Source of the DNA: an uncultured virus (IMG/VR IMGVR_UViG_3300042465_006787)
Taxonomy: Duplodnaviria > Heunggongvirae > Uroviricota > Caudoviricetes
Virus record (IMG/VR): IMGVR_UViG_3300042465_006787
DNA length: 64,000 nt
Reading direction: 5' to 3' (one strand)
Part shown: positions 18,402 through 29,018 of the stretch, piece by piece
Layout: every line of letters starts with the position of its first letter
How positions within the stretch are numbered: the stretch's first letter is position 1
Translations under genes and position numbers: made by a program
Notes under the pieces: model-generated
What the model saw: the letters and a program-made list of their open reading frames with translations, nothing else
The model's database searches: none
What the model was told of the DNA's origin: nothing

Positions 18402-19136
18402 TTAAATTAAATTATTGTCTCTATCTAAAATCCTGCATAGAAAATTATTGTTCTCAGAAACATCCCAGACCTTGTAATTGCTTTGGTTTTCAAAATCAAA
18501 GTAAAATACAAAATTTGGTTTATATTTATAATCTTCTTTGAAGATATTATATTCTAATCTTGGATGTACTGTAATGTGCTCCTGTATTTGTTTTAATTCC
18601 TCAATATCGTCAACAACCACATCTAATAAACCCGCAAATCTATAATTAAATGAACCATAATAATCAAAAGGTCTAGCAACTAAGAATGGATTAGCAACAC
18701 CAAAATAATAAGGTGTACCAACGTAGCTGTGTTTTCTATCATATTCACTGTAATCAATCTCACCAATTAAATTGCTATTAACGTATACTTTTATAATCTT
18801 TGTATCTGCGTCATCGGTTGCTACACAAAACAAATGTTCATCAAAATCATCGTCAGTTAATAATTTGAAAACCTCTTTATAAATTGGTTCATCGTTTTTA
18901 AAAAACCAGAAACCAAACTTTAGAAGATTAGGTTGTGCAAATAAAAACCCAGCGTGCATACCTGGTCTAACAATTATTCCAGCTTCTTTATCACACTCAT
19001 CTTTATTTATTTTAACATCAACAAATAACGTGTAAGATTTTTCATTCATTACAGGGTTTGCGGTGTATTTACAAATATTGTATTTGTCTAATGGAACAAT
19101 TGAATACGGTTTCTTATGTTTAACTGTTAAATTCAT
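18402..19136 (-). CDS. LamG/concanavalin-A-like domain protein
   Basis: Beta-rich KVYVN...YYFGVA pattern similar to the inserts in the neighbouring GT7s; start moved to ATG 19136. Confidence 0.45.
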   Translation of the reverse strand: MNLTVKHKKPYSIVPLDKYNICKYTANPVMNEKSYTLFVDVKINKDECDKEAGIIVRPGMHAGFLFAQPNLLKFGFWFFKNDEPIYKEVFKLLTDDDFDEHLFCVATDDADTKIIKVYVNSNLIGEIDYSEYDRKHSYVGTPYYFGVANPFLVARPFDYYGSFNYRFAGLLDVVVDDIEELKQIQEHITVHPRLEYNIFKEDYKYKPNFVFYFDFENQSNYKVWDVSENNNFLCRILDRDNNLI

Positions 19137-19141
19137 AGTTA

Positions 19142-20557
19142 TTATTTTATGGTTCCACAAAAGTTATAGAACTCTTCTAGTTCTGGAAAGGTTTTAAGGA
19201 AATCGGTCCCACGTCTTCTATCATGTTCAGTAAAAAACGTGTGAAAATCTTTTCTATTTGCCATTTGTTTATTAGCATCTTGTGGTGATATCATCCAATC
19301 ATATGTCCTTTTTAATTTTTGAATTTCAATATCGGTGTAACCAATATAGTCATTTGTAAATTCCAATGTACCTAAGAACTCAGCATTAATTGCTTGTTCT
19401 AAAACATTATTAGAAAATTGATATGGCAACACTTGAACTGCTTGATGGAATGGGTATCTTAGGTATGATGTGTCCAAGAAAACCGCTGAATCCCAATATC
19501 TTTGATTGGAACCATATTGGTTTTTTAAATCATAGACCCCTTTAATTAACTTATTAAATGAGAACACAGATAACGCATTATATGTCACCATAAATGTTAG
19601 AGTTACTCTAGGACATTTAGTAAGTATTTTGTTTACATTATCCCAAAACCTGTTAAACACTAAACCATTTCTAATGTACTCAGCTTGTTCTCCCCAGGCA
19701 TCGCATGATGTGAAAATAACAAATTCTTTTACACGATTTTCTTCGGTAATTCTTGATATTTTTTCAATAAATTCATCTATCAATTTATCTGGCACACCTA
19801 GATTTGAATTAATAGCTAAATTCAATTCTCTATTTGGTTCTTTTTGTTCTATGATATAATCTAAAACACCCCAAGTATCTTTTGATAATAGCGGTTCTCC
19901 TCCAGTGATTCTAAACGTATATAAGTCACGATATAAATCCGGCCACCATTTCCAAAAAGCATCAACGTATGGATTACTATCCGTATGTAAGAACGGCTTG
20001 GTGTTTTCCCTTAACATGTGCTCTGGGTCATTAAACTTTGTGCTTGTTTTGTAACCACCAAATTTTTCAATTTCAGCCGTCCATTGTGACGAGAACTGTG
20101 GTGCGCAATATGAACATTTAAAGTTGCACGCATTGGAAAATGCTACCTCAACATACTTTGGGTTGATGTCATCTCTCCAGTCAGAATTTGCAATTGCATC
20201 ATAGTGTGGTAAAGACCATTTCTCACTTGACTTGAAAACACGATCAGAGAATCTATCAGAGTTATCTTCTACGCTCCAGCAATAATCACATTCTTCAGGT
20301 CTTTTACCATCCAACATTTCTCTTCTTTTCTCTTTCTTATATCGAGTATTATGTAGAGCTGATGGGTTTCTTATAATTTCCTTATCAGATATTTTATGAG
20401 TCGTAGGGTGATGGCAAGAGTGGTTATGACCATTTTGTAAATGTATCGTAACTTGTGTCCATTTTGCCAAACACATGCCCGGACCTATTTTGTCTAGTTT
20501 GTCTTTTGTTTCAACATATAAAGGATTCTCACCCTTATTGATTTTTTTCTTCGCCAT
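19142..20557 (-). CDS. Radical SAM protein with N-terminal twitch-like domain
   Basis: CLAKW..SCHH..CDYCW; CNFKCSYC; ITGGEPL; NSNL. Confidence 0.85.
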   Translation of the reverse strand: MAKKKINKGENPLYVETKDKLDKIGPGMCLAKWTQVTIHLQNGHNHSCHHPTTHKISDKEIIRNPSALHNTRYKKEKRREMLDGKRPEECDYCWSVEDNSDRFSDRVFKSSEKWSLPHYDAIANSDWRDDINPKYVEVAFSNACNFKCSYCAPQFSSQWTAEIEKFGGYKTSTKFNDPEHMLRENTKPFLHTDSNPYVDAFWKWWPDLYRDLYTFRITGGEPLLSKDTWGVLDYIIEQKEPNRELNLAINSNLGVPDKLIDEFIEKISRITEENRVKEFVIFTSCDAWGEQAEYIRNGLVFNRFWDNVNKILTKCPRVTLTFMVTYNALSVFSFNKLIKGVYDLKNQYGSNQRYWDSAVFLDTSYLRYPFHQAVQVLPYQFSNNVLEQAINAEFLGTLEFTNDYIGYTDIEIQKLKRTYDWMISPQDANKQMANRKDFHTFFTEHDRRRGTDFLKTFPELEEFYNFCGTIK

Positions 20558-20558
20558 T

Positions 20559-21989
20559 TTATAATTTTGTGTTTATCATTACACATTTGTCACTATAGTT
20601 TTCAACGCTAACCAATTCATATTTTAATGTTGACAACCCATCGTCTTTGTAATTTATTTTTTTCTGTTGCATTTCTGTAACAAATCTTTTTTCGTTTTTA
20701 GCTGTGGTTTCACCCTTAGCCCACCTTCCAGCAACAAACCCCTCATCTACGTGTGGTAAACAATAAAATTTACCCTCTCGTCTAAATGGCACTACGTTTT
20801 CAATCACATCAACATCCTCTGAACCATAAACAATATCGATTCCAATGCATTCGTGAGCATCCACATTATCAAATATAATATTATTTTCTCTATTTGAGAA
20901 ATCGTGGTGTAAAATTAATCCATCTTTCTCAGTATCAAACACTTGACCGATATCAACGTGTGGAAAAAACTTGTCATATATCTTAATTTCGGCTATTTTA
21001 CCCTTAAAGAATGTGTTCATGTCTGAATCATGCCCTAAATAAAATGGGGTTGTTGTATTGTACCTAAGAAGTTTACCAAACGCTGGGAAATAAGCGTCTT
21101 CTTTGATTCCATTCATATTCCTACCAAATTCATCATTTAGATAAAAGAATATTCGTTCCTCTTCTTTATTATATGTCAGTGTAACCCACGTCCACATGTT
21201 TTCAAATCTTTTCAGCCAATTGTAGATTGTTTGTCTCCTTTCGTTAAACAAACACATTGTAACTGCCCTAGAATTATTAAAAGATAAACCGTAATTATAC
21301 CCTCCGGTTTTTCTAAATATGGGGTATTCAATGAAGCGCTTTTGTTCATCACCAATCATCCAAATTGGAACCTTTTCTTGTTGTTGTTCCGCATTAAATA
21401 AAATAGAAATTGTGTGGTCATTATGTAATAAATTAACTAATTCCCTAGTACTTGGTATTTCTATTTTAGATGTAACGCCATTAAATTCCGCGTATTGTTT
21501 ATTGGTATATGAACGTTTTATTTTTCCTGTTGTATAATTTTCATAATAACATCTCCAAAACAAATCATCGTCTTCCATACCCCAATCCCAATAGTCGTTT
21601 GAGTACCCATTTGTTTTTTCTAAATGTTCTTTATTAAACAACACTACTCCGCCAAAGTATTGATCATAGTTTATACCATAATTGTATTTTGACAGCATAG
21701 TTGCAATATGAATCGGAGTTTCTTCTGGATATGAATAATCACTATCTTCAAACGTCAACATATCCACGTCGTGCCAAGCAATATAATCACAACCATCTTC
21801 TAATGCGTGTTTAGCTGCAATATTTTTCATTGCACCTCTGTTAAAAAGTTTATCATCTACTTGATGTGCAACATAAAATTTATAATCAATTCCTTGGGAA
21901 TCTAAATGTTTAGATAAATGTGGGATTAATCTATCAAGGTGTTCTTTTCTATCTCTATATGGTACACAAATACCTAATTTATGATTCAT
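20559..21989 (-). CDS. GT7 (beta-1,4-galactosyltransferase-like) with LamG insertion
   Basis: VPYRDR, FNRGAMKN, HDVD, YFGGV, NGYSNDYWDWGMEDDD; LamG-like FNG...FKGKIAEIKIY inserted before the GT7 C-terminus. Confidence 0.85.
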   Translation of the reverse strand: MNHKLGICVPYRDRKEHLDRLIPHLSKHLDSQGIDYKFYVAHQVDDKLFNRGAMKNIAAKHALEDGCDYIAWHDVDMLTFEDSDYSYPEETPIHIATMLSKYNYGINYDQYFGGVVLFNKEHLEKTNGYSNDYWDWGMEDDDLFWRCYYENYTTGKIKRSYTNKQYAEFNGVTSKIEIPSTRELVNLLHNDHTISILFNAEQQQEKVPIWMIGDEQKRFIEYPIFRKTGGYNYGLSFNNSRAVTMCLFNERRQTIYNWLKRFENMWTWVTLTYNKEEERIFFYLNDEFGRNMNGIKEDAYFPAFGKLLRYNTTTPFYLGHDSDMNTFFKGKIAEIKIYDKFFPHVDIGQVFDTEKDGLILHHDFSNRENNIIFDNVDAHECIGIDIVYGSEDVDVIENVVPFRREGKFYCLPHVDEGFVAGRWAKGETTAKNEKRFVTEMQQKKINYKDDGLSTLKYELVSVENYSDKCVMINTKL

Positions 21990-23377
21990 ATTCCAACGTT
22001 AATTTGTGTTATGTTATCTACGACTTCTATGCCGTGTTCTATATATTCTAAGTCAGATAATCCATCATTTTCTAATAGTTCATCATTCATTGATACTTCA
22101 TTGTGGTATCTTAATTGATTCCATCTTGTGGCATCGGTTTTCCATCTATTGTCTTGGAATCCATTTTCTTCATGTTCTAGTAAATAAAATGTGCAATCTC
22201 TTCTGTGTGGAATTTTAAGTGATTTATGTTCGTCGACTTCTAAGTCAACAATTTCACAATTAACAATTTCACCAAGATTATCATTACCTGATAAATCAAC
22301 TAATTTATACCCTTCAATAAAATTAGCATCATAATATATGTCCAAAGATTCTTGAACTTTGTTCAAAACATAACTTGGATTTTGTGATAAATCAAATATT
22401 TCCTTTTCATTTAATATCTCAGGTATTATCGCAAATGAATCAATATAACCTTTAAAAAATTTAGCATTATCCAATCTTTCCGGATCACCTACACCTAAAT
22501 AAAAAAATGGTTCTTTTTTATAATTCATTAACTTCCTTAACCCTTTAATTTTATCGACCAAAATACCGTCTTGATATACCAATATTTCGTTTGAATAAAA
22601 ATCAATCGTCACACACATATTTGTTTTATACTCCGTCTTTATTTTTGAATTAGCATATAATGCATTATTCTTATAATCAAATGTACAAAAATTGTACCTT
22701 TGAAAAGAATTATAACTAAAAGCTGTGTCGTAACCTGGAATTGTGAATGCATTGTAATCATCAACAGGTTTTGTGTGGTCAAATGTTGTTTTATTAGGGT
22801 AAAATGAAATAAAAATTGTTTGGTTTTTATTTAAATTAATGTTGTTTTTACTTTTTACGTATGAATTAATACCATTAAATTTTAATGCCTTAGTTTTAGG
22901 TGTTTGATTAATTAGTTTAACTTCGTTTAATGAAATATTCTTTTTAACACAGCGTAAAAGTAAATCAGTGTCTTCGTAGCCCCATCCCCAATATTTGTTT
23001 GAATAACCATTAACTTTTTTAAATAAATCCATTGGAAATAATGTTACGCCACCAAAATAAGAATCAAACGTTTCTTTTGGTTTTATAAAATTACTTGCTA
23101 AATGTAATGGGACATTGGAGTAAGTATAATCAACGTTTAACGGTATCATATCAACATCATGAAAAACTACATAATCACATTTTAATTTTTCTGCTCGTTT
23201 AAATCCAATGTTTAAAAGCATACCACGATTAAAAAGTTTAGCGTTATCCTGATTAACAACTATAATTTCATAAGGGATGTCTAATTTTTTAAAATACGCG
23301 GGTATTTTTTCTTTAAACACTTCTAAATGCTCATACCGATTTCGGTATGGAACTATAATACCTAATTTTTTAACCAT
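21986..23377 (-). CDS. GT7 (beta-1,4-galactosyltransferase-like) with LamG insertion
   Basis: IVPYRNR, FNRGMLLNIGF, FHDVD, YFGGV, NGYSNKYWGWGYED; insert LKFNGINSYV...FKGYIDSF. Confidence 0.85.
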   Translation of the reverse strand: MVKKLGIIVPYRNRYEHLEVFKEKIPAYFKKLDIPYEIIVVNQDNAKLFNRGMLLNIGFKRAEKLKCDYVVFHDVDMIPLNVDYTYSNVPLHLASNFIKPKETFDSYFGGVTLFPMDLFKKVNGYSNKYWGWGYEDTDLLLRCVKKNISLNEVKLINQTPKTKALKFNGINSYVKSKNNINLNKNQTIFISFYPNKTTFDHTKPVDDYNAFTIPGYDTAFSYNSFQRYNFCTFDYKNNALYANSKIKTEYKTNMCVTIDFYSNEILVYQDGILVDKIKGLRKLMNYKKEPFFYLGVGDPERLDNAKFFKGYIDSFAIIPEILNEKEIFDLSQNPSYVLNKVQESLDIYYDANFIEGYKLVDLSGNDNLGEIVNCEIVDLEVDEHKSLKIPHRRDCTFYLLEHEENGFQDNRWKTDATRWNQLRYHNEVSMNDELLENDGLSDLEYIEHGIEVVDNITQINVGI

Positions 23378-23585
23378 TTATTGTTGGGTCTTCTGGTTTT
23401 ACCACGCCATGGAATTCAGATAAATAATATTGTATTCTATCACTCCATTCTTCCTTATCTATTTCTTCAAACCAAATGGCTAATGCGTCTAATGACGCTG
23501 CAATTTTTTCTAAGGATTTAACTTTTCTTTGTTCTAAAAGTTGTGCCTCAAGTTTTTCGTCTTTAAGTGTTACTTCTTTGCTCAT
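23370..23585 (-). CDS. Hypothetical protein
   Basis: Co-oriented ORF overlapping its neighbours. Confidence 0.6.
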   Translation of the reverse strand: MSKEVTLKDEKLEAQLLEQRKVKSLEKIAASLDALAIWFEEIDKEEWSDRIQYYLSEFHGVVKPEDPTING

Positions 23586-24433
23586 ATTGTTTTTATTTTT
23601 TTTATTAGTTTATTCCAGTTTCTATATGTTTTATATTCTGGTGTTTTAACCCCCAATTCAAACATAAATTCTGATTTATTTAAATCTATCTTAAATTTAC
23701 TCTTTCTTAGTTTATCATACATCACTTGATATTCGTCAGAGTAAGCATATGCTTGCTTAACATTTGCAACATCCTTAATTCTATCAATAGATGTTTTATC
23801 CCATTTAAAATGATGGACTTGTACTTCACCAGAATCATATATTAGTGGATGATTCCATCCTTGCCACTTCCATGTTGTGAAACCATCTAACTTGGCGTAG
23901 TGTTGCCCGCTTGTTAATTCAACATACCCTTTCATAACACAAATCTTATTAGGATTAGCATTACTCATTGGATATCTAAAAAACCCTGCGTTTGGATATT
24001 GTTCCCATATGAATTCATCATCTTTCAATTCAACAAACTCACCATCAGGACCAATTCTATCTATAAAACCACCTCTGACTAAATCCCAACCATATTTGTT
24101 ACAATTTGTTATTAACATCTTTAAATCATCGTTTGGATATAAATGAAACTCATCTATATCGGCAATAACCCACCAATCATTTGGATGTTTGTTTTTTGTT
24201 TTATTGTATAGATAGGTGACCTTTTCCCAATCAAAAACACGATCCTTGACAACTTTAACGATATTAACCTTTTCGTAGCCATCAATAATTTCTTTAACTT
24301 CATTACCAATTAATCTATTGTTTTCTGTTTCATATACAACAATATTAATTTCATCAACATGTTTTTGATAATGTTTAATGAAATGCGGTAGCAGTTTGAC
24401 TCCATGCCCAATAACTGTAACTAATCGAATCAT
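23582..24433 (-). CDS. Glycosyltransferase family 2-like
   Basis: LPHFIKHY, WWVIADIDEF (DxD), HHFKW. Confidence 0.7.
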   Translation of the reverse strand: MIRLVTVIGHGVKLLPHFIKHYQKHVDEINIVVYETENNRLIGNEVKEIIDGYEKVNIVKVVKDRVFDWEKVTYLYNKTKNKHPNDWWVIADIDEFHLYPNDDLKMLITNCNKYGWDLVRGGFIDRIGPDGEFVELKDDEFIWEQYPNAGFFRYPMSNANPNKICVMKGYVELTSGQHYAKLDGFTTWKWQGWNHPLIYDSGEVQVHHFKWDKTSIDRIKDVANVKQAYAYSDEYQVMYDKLRKSKFKIDLNKSEFMFELGVKTPEYKTYRNWNKLIKKIKTI

Positions 24434-25158
24434 AATTTTCTGTTAATAATTGTAATCCCAGTTGATGCCGGTTTTGTAGGTAATATACGAAAATTATGTA
24501 GATTAATCAAGTTCCAGGCGGAATTATTTTGTAATTCTTTAACTAATTTAGCTGGACCATCAAAGGGGAAATGGTCTTTTTTTGCGTCTTCTGAAATTAT
24601 TAACGATTCTTCGTATTTTTCATCAGTGTCGTGAATAACTATCACACCTTTTTCAGATAATATTGTGGAATAAAGGTCGAAATCTTTTTTTACACCTTCA
24701 TATGAATGGTCACCATCAATAAACAAAAAATCTATTTTGATATCCTGAAGAATAAAAAAATTATAAAAGGCGTTTTCAGATGTGTCCTTAATAAATCGTG
24801 GGTGAAAGTGTTTTCTATAAAAAGATTCTTCATTTTCTAGGTCATTGGGTCCGCCAATACCGTTACACGCATCAACAACGTAAGTAACCCCAATATCACC
24901 CCAACTTAAATTATCATCACCCTCAAAAATACCTTCTTTATGTAAGTCATGTCTGGCTTGTGTGATTATTCTAGGTATAAACCCACCACCAGAACCAATA
25001 CAGACGCAATTCTTAGCCCTCATATGCTGTATTAATGAGTAAACGACAATACCGTCACCTAAATGTAAATCAGTGGCACCATGAGTCCAACGATAAGGTA
25101 CCGCGGTATCATCATTGTTAGTGATATATTGTTTAATATAGTCGGAATTAGATATCAT
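24430..25158 (-). CDS. Class I SAM-dependent methyltransferase (Methyltransf_24-like)
   Basis: CIGSGGG, FIDGDHSYEGVKKDF, GVIVIHDT. Confidence 0.85.
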   Translation of the reverse strand: MISNSDYIKQYITNNDDTAVPYRWTHGATDLHLGDGIVVYSLIQHMRAKNCVCIGSGGGFIPRIITQARHDLHKEGIFEGDDNLSWGDIGVTYVVDACNGIGGPNDLENEESFYRKHFHPRFIKDTSENAFYNFFILQDIKIDFLFIDGDHSYEGVKKDFDLYSTILSEKGVIVIHDTDEKYEESLIISEDAKKDHFPFDGPAKLVKELQNNSAWNLINLHNFRILPTKPASTGITIINRKL

Positions 25159-25888
25159 CTTTCATAAAGTCGGGCAAATATTCTGGATTTGTAAATCTTC
25201 TAGAAACACTAACCATTTTATCTTTTACAATTTCAAATAACTTAGGGTCTAATTGAATGTCACTACTAGATAATTGTGCGGCGATTGATATTGAAACACC
25301 TTCGCCGGCACCGTTAACTTCTTTGTTTAATTCCAAGTCAGAGAACTCTTTTGCTATTTGCAGTTTCTCGTAAACTTTATAAAATCTTTTTTGTTGAAAT
25401 CCTATCTTGTTGATTATCAATATGTATTCCCATATTGTATTAAAACTTTTAAAGTTTGGACTAATCTTTTCAGCATATAATTTATATGATGTCCATTCCC
25501 TATCTGTCATTCCAATATCGTTAACCGTTTTCTTCTTTCCAGGGTGTCTTTCTAATGTTTCAGCATAGGTAATCCCCGGTAAAAAATTATACGTTTTTAA
25601 TTCCTCTAAAAATGAATAATCTTTAACATATATGTCGGCATCAAGTAAGATGCAGATGTCTTTTTCTTTTAGTATTGTCTTGGGTAACAACATCTTATCA
25701 TAATAAGATTTAAATTCTCTATGATAGGTCAATATTGTTAAATTTTCTCTCTCGGTGAAATAATCGGGGGTATCTGTTAAAATATAACAAGAATACCCGC
25801 TATCAAGAATCTTATCCATCTTCTCAATAGTTCCCTTATAATAATAATTTTCGCCAAAGCAGAATATTCCAAAGCCAATATTGTCCAT
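25148..25888 (-). CDS. Putative GT-A fold glycosyltransferase
   Basis: YILTD, ILLDAD (DxD), GEG. Confidence 0.5.
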   Translation of the reverse strand: MDNIGFGIFCFGENYYYKGTIEKMDKILDSGYSCYILTDTPDYFTERENLTILTYHREFKSYYDKMLLPKTILKEKDICILLDADIYVKDYSFLEELKTYNFLPGITYAETLERHPGKKKTVNDIGMTDREWTSYKLYAEKISPNFKSFNTIWEYILIINKIGFQQKRFYKVYEKLQIAKEFSDLELNKEVNGAGEGVSISIAAQLSSSDIQLDPKLFEIVKDKMVSVSRRFTNPEYLPDFMKDDI

Positions 25889-25923
25889 TCGACAATATAA
25901 TGAAAATTATTTAAAAATAAAAA

Positions 25924-27453
25924 TTAACTTAAACCAAATCTGGTTTTGTATGAGTAATAGTGTTGTTTAATTTCAGCCGCTGATAGTTCCCTATTATAAA
26001 TTTTAACAACAGGTATTTCTGAATTTGAATAACCATCCCAAGTAAAACCGCCAATTGTTAGATTTGCTGGGGTCCAAGAACCAACGGCACTTGTTGCACT
26101 TACCGCCGCGCCAGATTGCGCAACCGTATTAATATAAAACGAAACCGAACTATCAGACCTACCAACTAAAACAACATGATAATATTGTCCAATCGTGAAT
26201 GCTGAATTTGGTATTGTTATACTACCATAAGCTGATGTTCCTGTTGGGAAAAAATTCCAATATGAATTACCACTATACGCTCTATAGTAATATTGTGCAT
26301 ATGAACCACTACCGACACCCATTTGAATAATATCACCATTAGGTGCACCGTTGTATTTGACAATAAACTCAATGGATGTTACATTATTTTTTAGCACCGC
26401 ATTGTTTGTTACTATTATACTATCATTTGTACCATCAAAGTAAGGTCTACCAGAAATGTTAAATGACGCGTTAGAAACATCAATTGAACATGTCCCTGTC
26501 ATATCTAATAATGCTGTTGTATTAGATCTAGATGTTAATGTAAATGGTGTTGCGTGGTCTTTAACCTCCACTTGTAAATCAGCGATATCAAATGTTGATA
26601 AAGCCGAAGGCCACATATAAAAATAAAAACTACAGGTAAGTGATGCTGTCCAAGTAGTTTGGTGTTTTTGCCATTTTTCTCCTGTTGTGAAACCCGCACT
26701 TGGTGCTGAGTATCCATAAAAATATGTACTCCAGCTATGACTTTGTCCAACAGATGTTGGTGACGCTGCTTTATGCCAAAATGATAATGTTATTATTTGT
26801 CCAGCGGTTACCGGAGTATACACACCATATGCCATACCGTCAGTCACACCATCTGGTCTATAAGCATGTAATCTCATACAATTTGTTCCGGGTATTCTGC
26901 CACCACCGGTAACTACTTCTTTAATTAAACCTGAATTTGGTAAATGTGGCGCACCCCACCACCCAGTCGGAAATCCAGAAGCGCTTACAGATATTCTAGT
27001 ATCATTAGCATATGCATCATGTACTTTAAAAAATCCAGTCGTTGGGTTTATATAACCTTGTGAACCATCTTGAGAACCATTATATTCATGTAATGAAAAT
27101 TGTGTATCACTTATTTTTTTAGCAACATAATTTTGTCCAGCATTTACACCGCCTCCAGTTGCGTTAGGTTGAATAACATCAAATGATAATATTTGATGGG
27201 CACTTGATGTTGTTATAATATTACTTGATACGCTTGATATTGATGGGATTGTCCAATGTACCGCACAACCATTGTTACCACAATATTTGTTTGTATTATA
27301 TGAACCCCAACCATTACTTGTTGAAAATCTACCATTATGTTCTGGACTTGGCAATAAGTTTGTTGTTGGTTCACCAGGATAAAATCTATTATCGTCTCCA
27401 GTATCATATCCGAAAACTAAACCGTTGGTAATATTTCTTGGACCTATATTCAT
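25924..27453 (-). CDS. LamG-domain virion/fibre protein
   Basis: FDGTND, YYHVV, VKIYNRELSAAEI; G/S/T/N/Y-rich. Confidence 0.75.
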   Translation of the reverse strand: MNIGPRNITNGLVFGYDTGDDNRFYPGEPTTNLLPSPEHNGRFSTSNGWGSYNTNKYCGNNGCAVHWTIPSISSVSSNIITTSSAHQILSFDVIQPNATGGGVNAGQNYVAKKISDTQFSLHEYNGSQDGSQGYINPTTGFFKVHDAYANDTRISVSASGFPTGWWGAPHLPNSGLIKEVVTGGGRIPGTNCMRLHAYRPDGVTDGMAYGVYTPVTAGQIITLSFWHKAASPTSVGQSHSWSTYFYGYSAPSAGFTTGEKWQKHQTTWTASLTCSFYFYMWPSALSTFDIADLQVEVKDHATPFTLTSRSNTTALLDMTGTCSIDVSNASFNISGRPYFDGTNDSIIVTNNAVLKNNVTSIEFIVKYNGAPNGDIIQMGVGSGSYAQYYYRAYSGNSYWNFFPTGTSAYGSITIPNSAFTIGQYYHVVLVGRSDSSVSFYINTVAQSGAAVSATSAVGSWTPANLTIGGFTWDGYSNSEIPVVKIYNRELSAAEIKQHYYSYKTRFGLS

Positions 27454-28682
27454 TATGTTAAACCATATCTACCTTTATATCCATTATAATTATTTTTTAT
27501 CTCTGTTGCCGTTAATGCTTTATTATACAATTTAACAACAGGTATTTCGCCACTCATAAAATAACTTCTATTAACTTCATTACCAATCCTAAATGTGTTT
27601 TGTCTTTCAAATCCACCAGTAAATTGTACTGTTTGGATTAACGTACCATTAATATACAATCTAACATATTCATTATCATATGTACCAACCATATGAATGT
27701 ATTGATTCACGTATTGTGTTGCAGGGCTACCAATACCGGTTCTAGCCCAACCAAAATTTGGATTGTCGTAGATTGCAAATGCTAAACCATAAGTTGAGTT
27801 TTCATATAAGAACAAAAACCCTTTATCATTTGAACCATTACCACCATGTGCTACAACTACTTTATTTGCATTCATTGCCGTGAATTTAACAACCGCCTCC
27901 ACAGTTATGTTACCATTCGGGACCGTTGTTGCATAACTATCTAAATTTATCCAATCATTTGTCCCATCAAAAAATGGTAGCCCATTTGAGTTATAACTAA
28001 TGTCAGCGGTACTAATTGCAGTAGCACCTTTTAAATCCAATAACGACGAAGTACTTGCACGTGTTGTTCCAACTGTTGGAAATTGTGATGGTTTTAAAAT
28101 ACTACTACCAGCAGTTAATGAAACATCCGCAACCTCAACTTTATTATGTACACCATATTCATAATGAAAAAGATATAAACCAAATGAGGTTGCACTTGCG
28201 TGAGATGTGAATTGACCCCAAGCGTGCCACCATCCATCACCTAAAGCTGTCCTAGTACTTGTACTATGTAAACCATATTCTGTTAAGTAACCACTAGGAC
28301 CATATTCATAATGATACATATAATTCGTACCAACATTATCGTTTTTTGTACGGTATATTATTTGATAAGTGTATGGTGTGCTTGATGAAACACTAACGCC
28401 ACCACCAAAATTAAAAAGTGATAAACAACAGTTGCCCGATCCACCATTATAATCATTATATGTTTCAACAGCATACACTGTTCTTGTTCCAACATTAGGG
28501 ATTACCGCCGTGTATATTGAATTTTGTTTTTTAAACAGTGAACTATTTTGATTACCATAACCAAATGATATTGATGCTGCAACATTTCTCAATGGAGGTC
28601 CTGGCGCAAACCTACTACTAGGATGTGCGTCATATCCAAAAACTAATCCATCGCTTGTTATGTTTGGTATGTTTACACTCAT
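27453..28682 (-). CDS. LamG-domain virion/fibre protein
   Basis: FDGTND, HMVGTYD..RLYING, KLYNKALTATEI. Confidence 0.8.
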   Translation of the reverse strand: MSVNIPNITSDGLVFGYDAHPSSRFAPGPPLRNVAASISFGYGNQNSSLFKKQNSIYTAVIPNVGTRTVYAVETYNDYNGGSGNCCLSLFNFGGGVSVSSSTPYTYQIIYRTKNDNVGTNYMYHYEYGPSGYLTEYGLHSTSTRTALGDGWWHAWGQFTSHASATSFGLYLFHYEYGVHNKVEVADVSLTAGSSILKPSQFPTVGTTRASTSSLLDLKGATAISTADISYNSNGLPFFDGTNDWINLDSYATTVPNGNITVEAVVKFTAMNANKVVVAHGGNGSNDKGFLFLYENSTYGLAFAIYDNPNFGWARTGIGSPATQYVNQYIHMVGTYDNEYVRLYINGTLIQTVQFTGGFERQNTFRIGNEVNRSYFMSGEIPVVKLYNKALTATEIKNNYNGYKGRYGLT

Positions 28683-29008
28683 TTATTTTCTATTGGCGTT
28701 GTCCATTCAGTTGTGCTTAATAATTCTAAAATTGCTTCATGAGTATACTCAGGATATTCTTCTGAGTATATGTCTGGTCTACCATAAATTCCAGCTTCAG
28801 TTGTAATTGTCATTTCATCGCCAGTTTCTGCGTTTATTTGAGTTTCAGTTGTGGTTGTTTCAACAACCATCACATCGTATTTAACAAACGTCTTAGACCC
28901 ATCGACAGATAACCTTAAACTATCGATACTTGACTCTTTTACTTGGTCAAAATTTATTGAACCAGTTGTGCTTGTTGGTATTACTAACCATCTTCTATTT
29001 TCTAACAT
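28679..29008 (-). CDS. Hypothetical protein (fibre-associated)
   Basis: LRLSVDGSKTFVKY...YTHEAILELL..EW; lies between LamG genes. Confidence 0.6.
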   Translation of the reverse strand: MLENRRWLVIPTSTTGSINFDQVKESSIDSLRLSVDGSKTFVKYDVMVVETTTTETQINAETGDEMTITTEAGIYGRPDIYSEEYPEYTHEAILELLSTTEWTTPIENK

Positions 29009-29018
29009 ATTTTTAATT

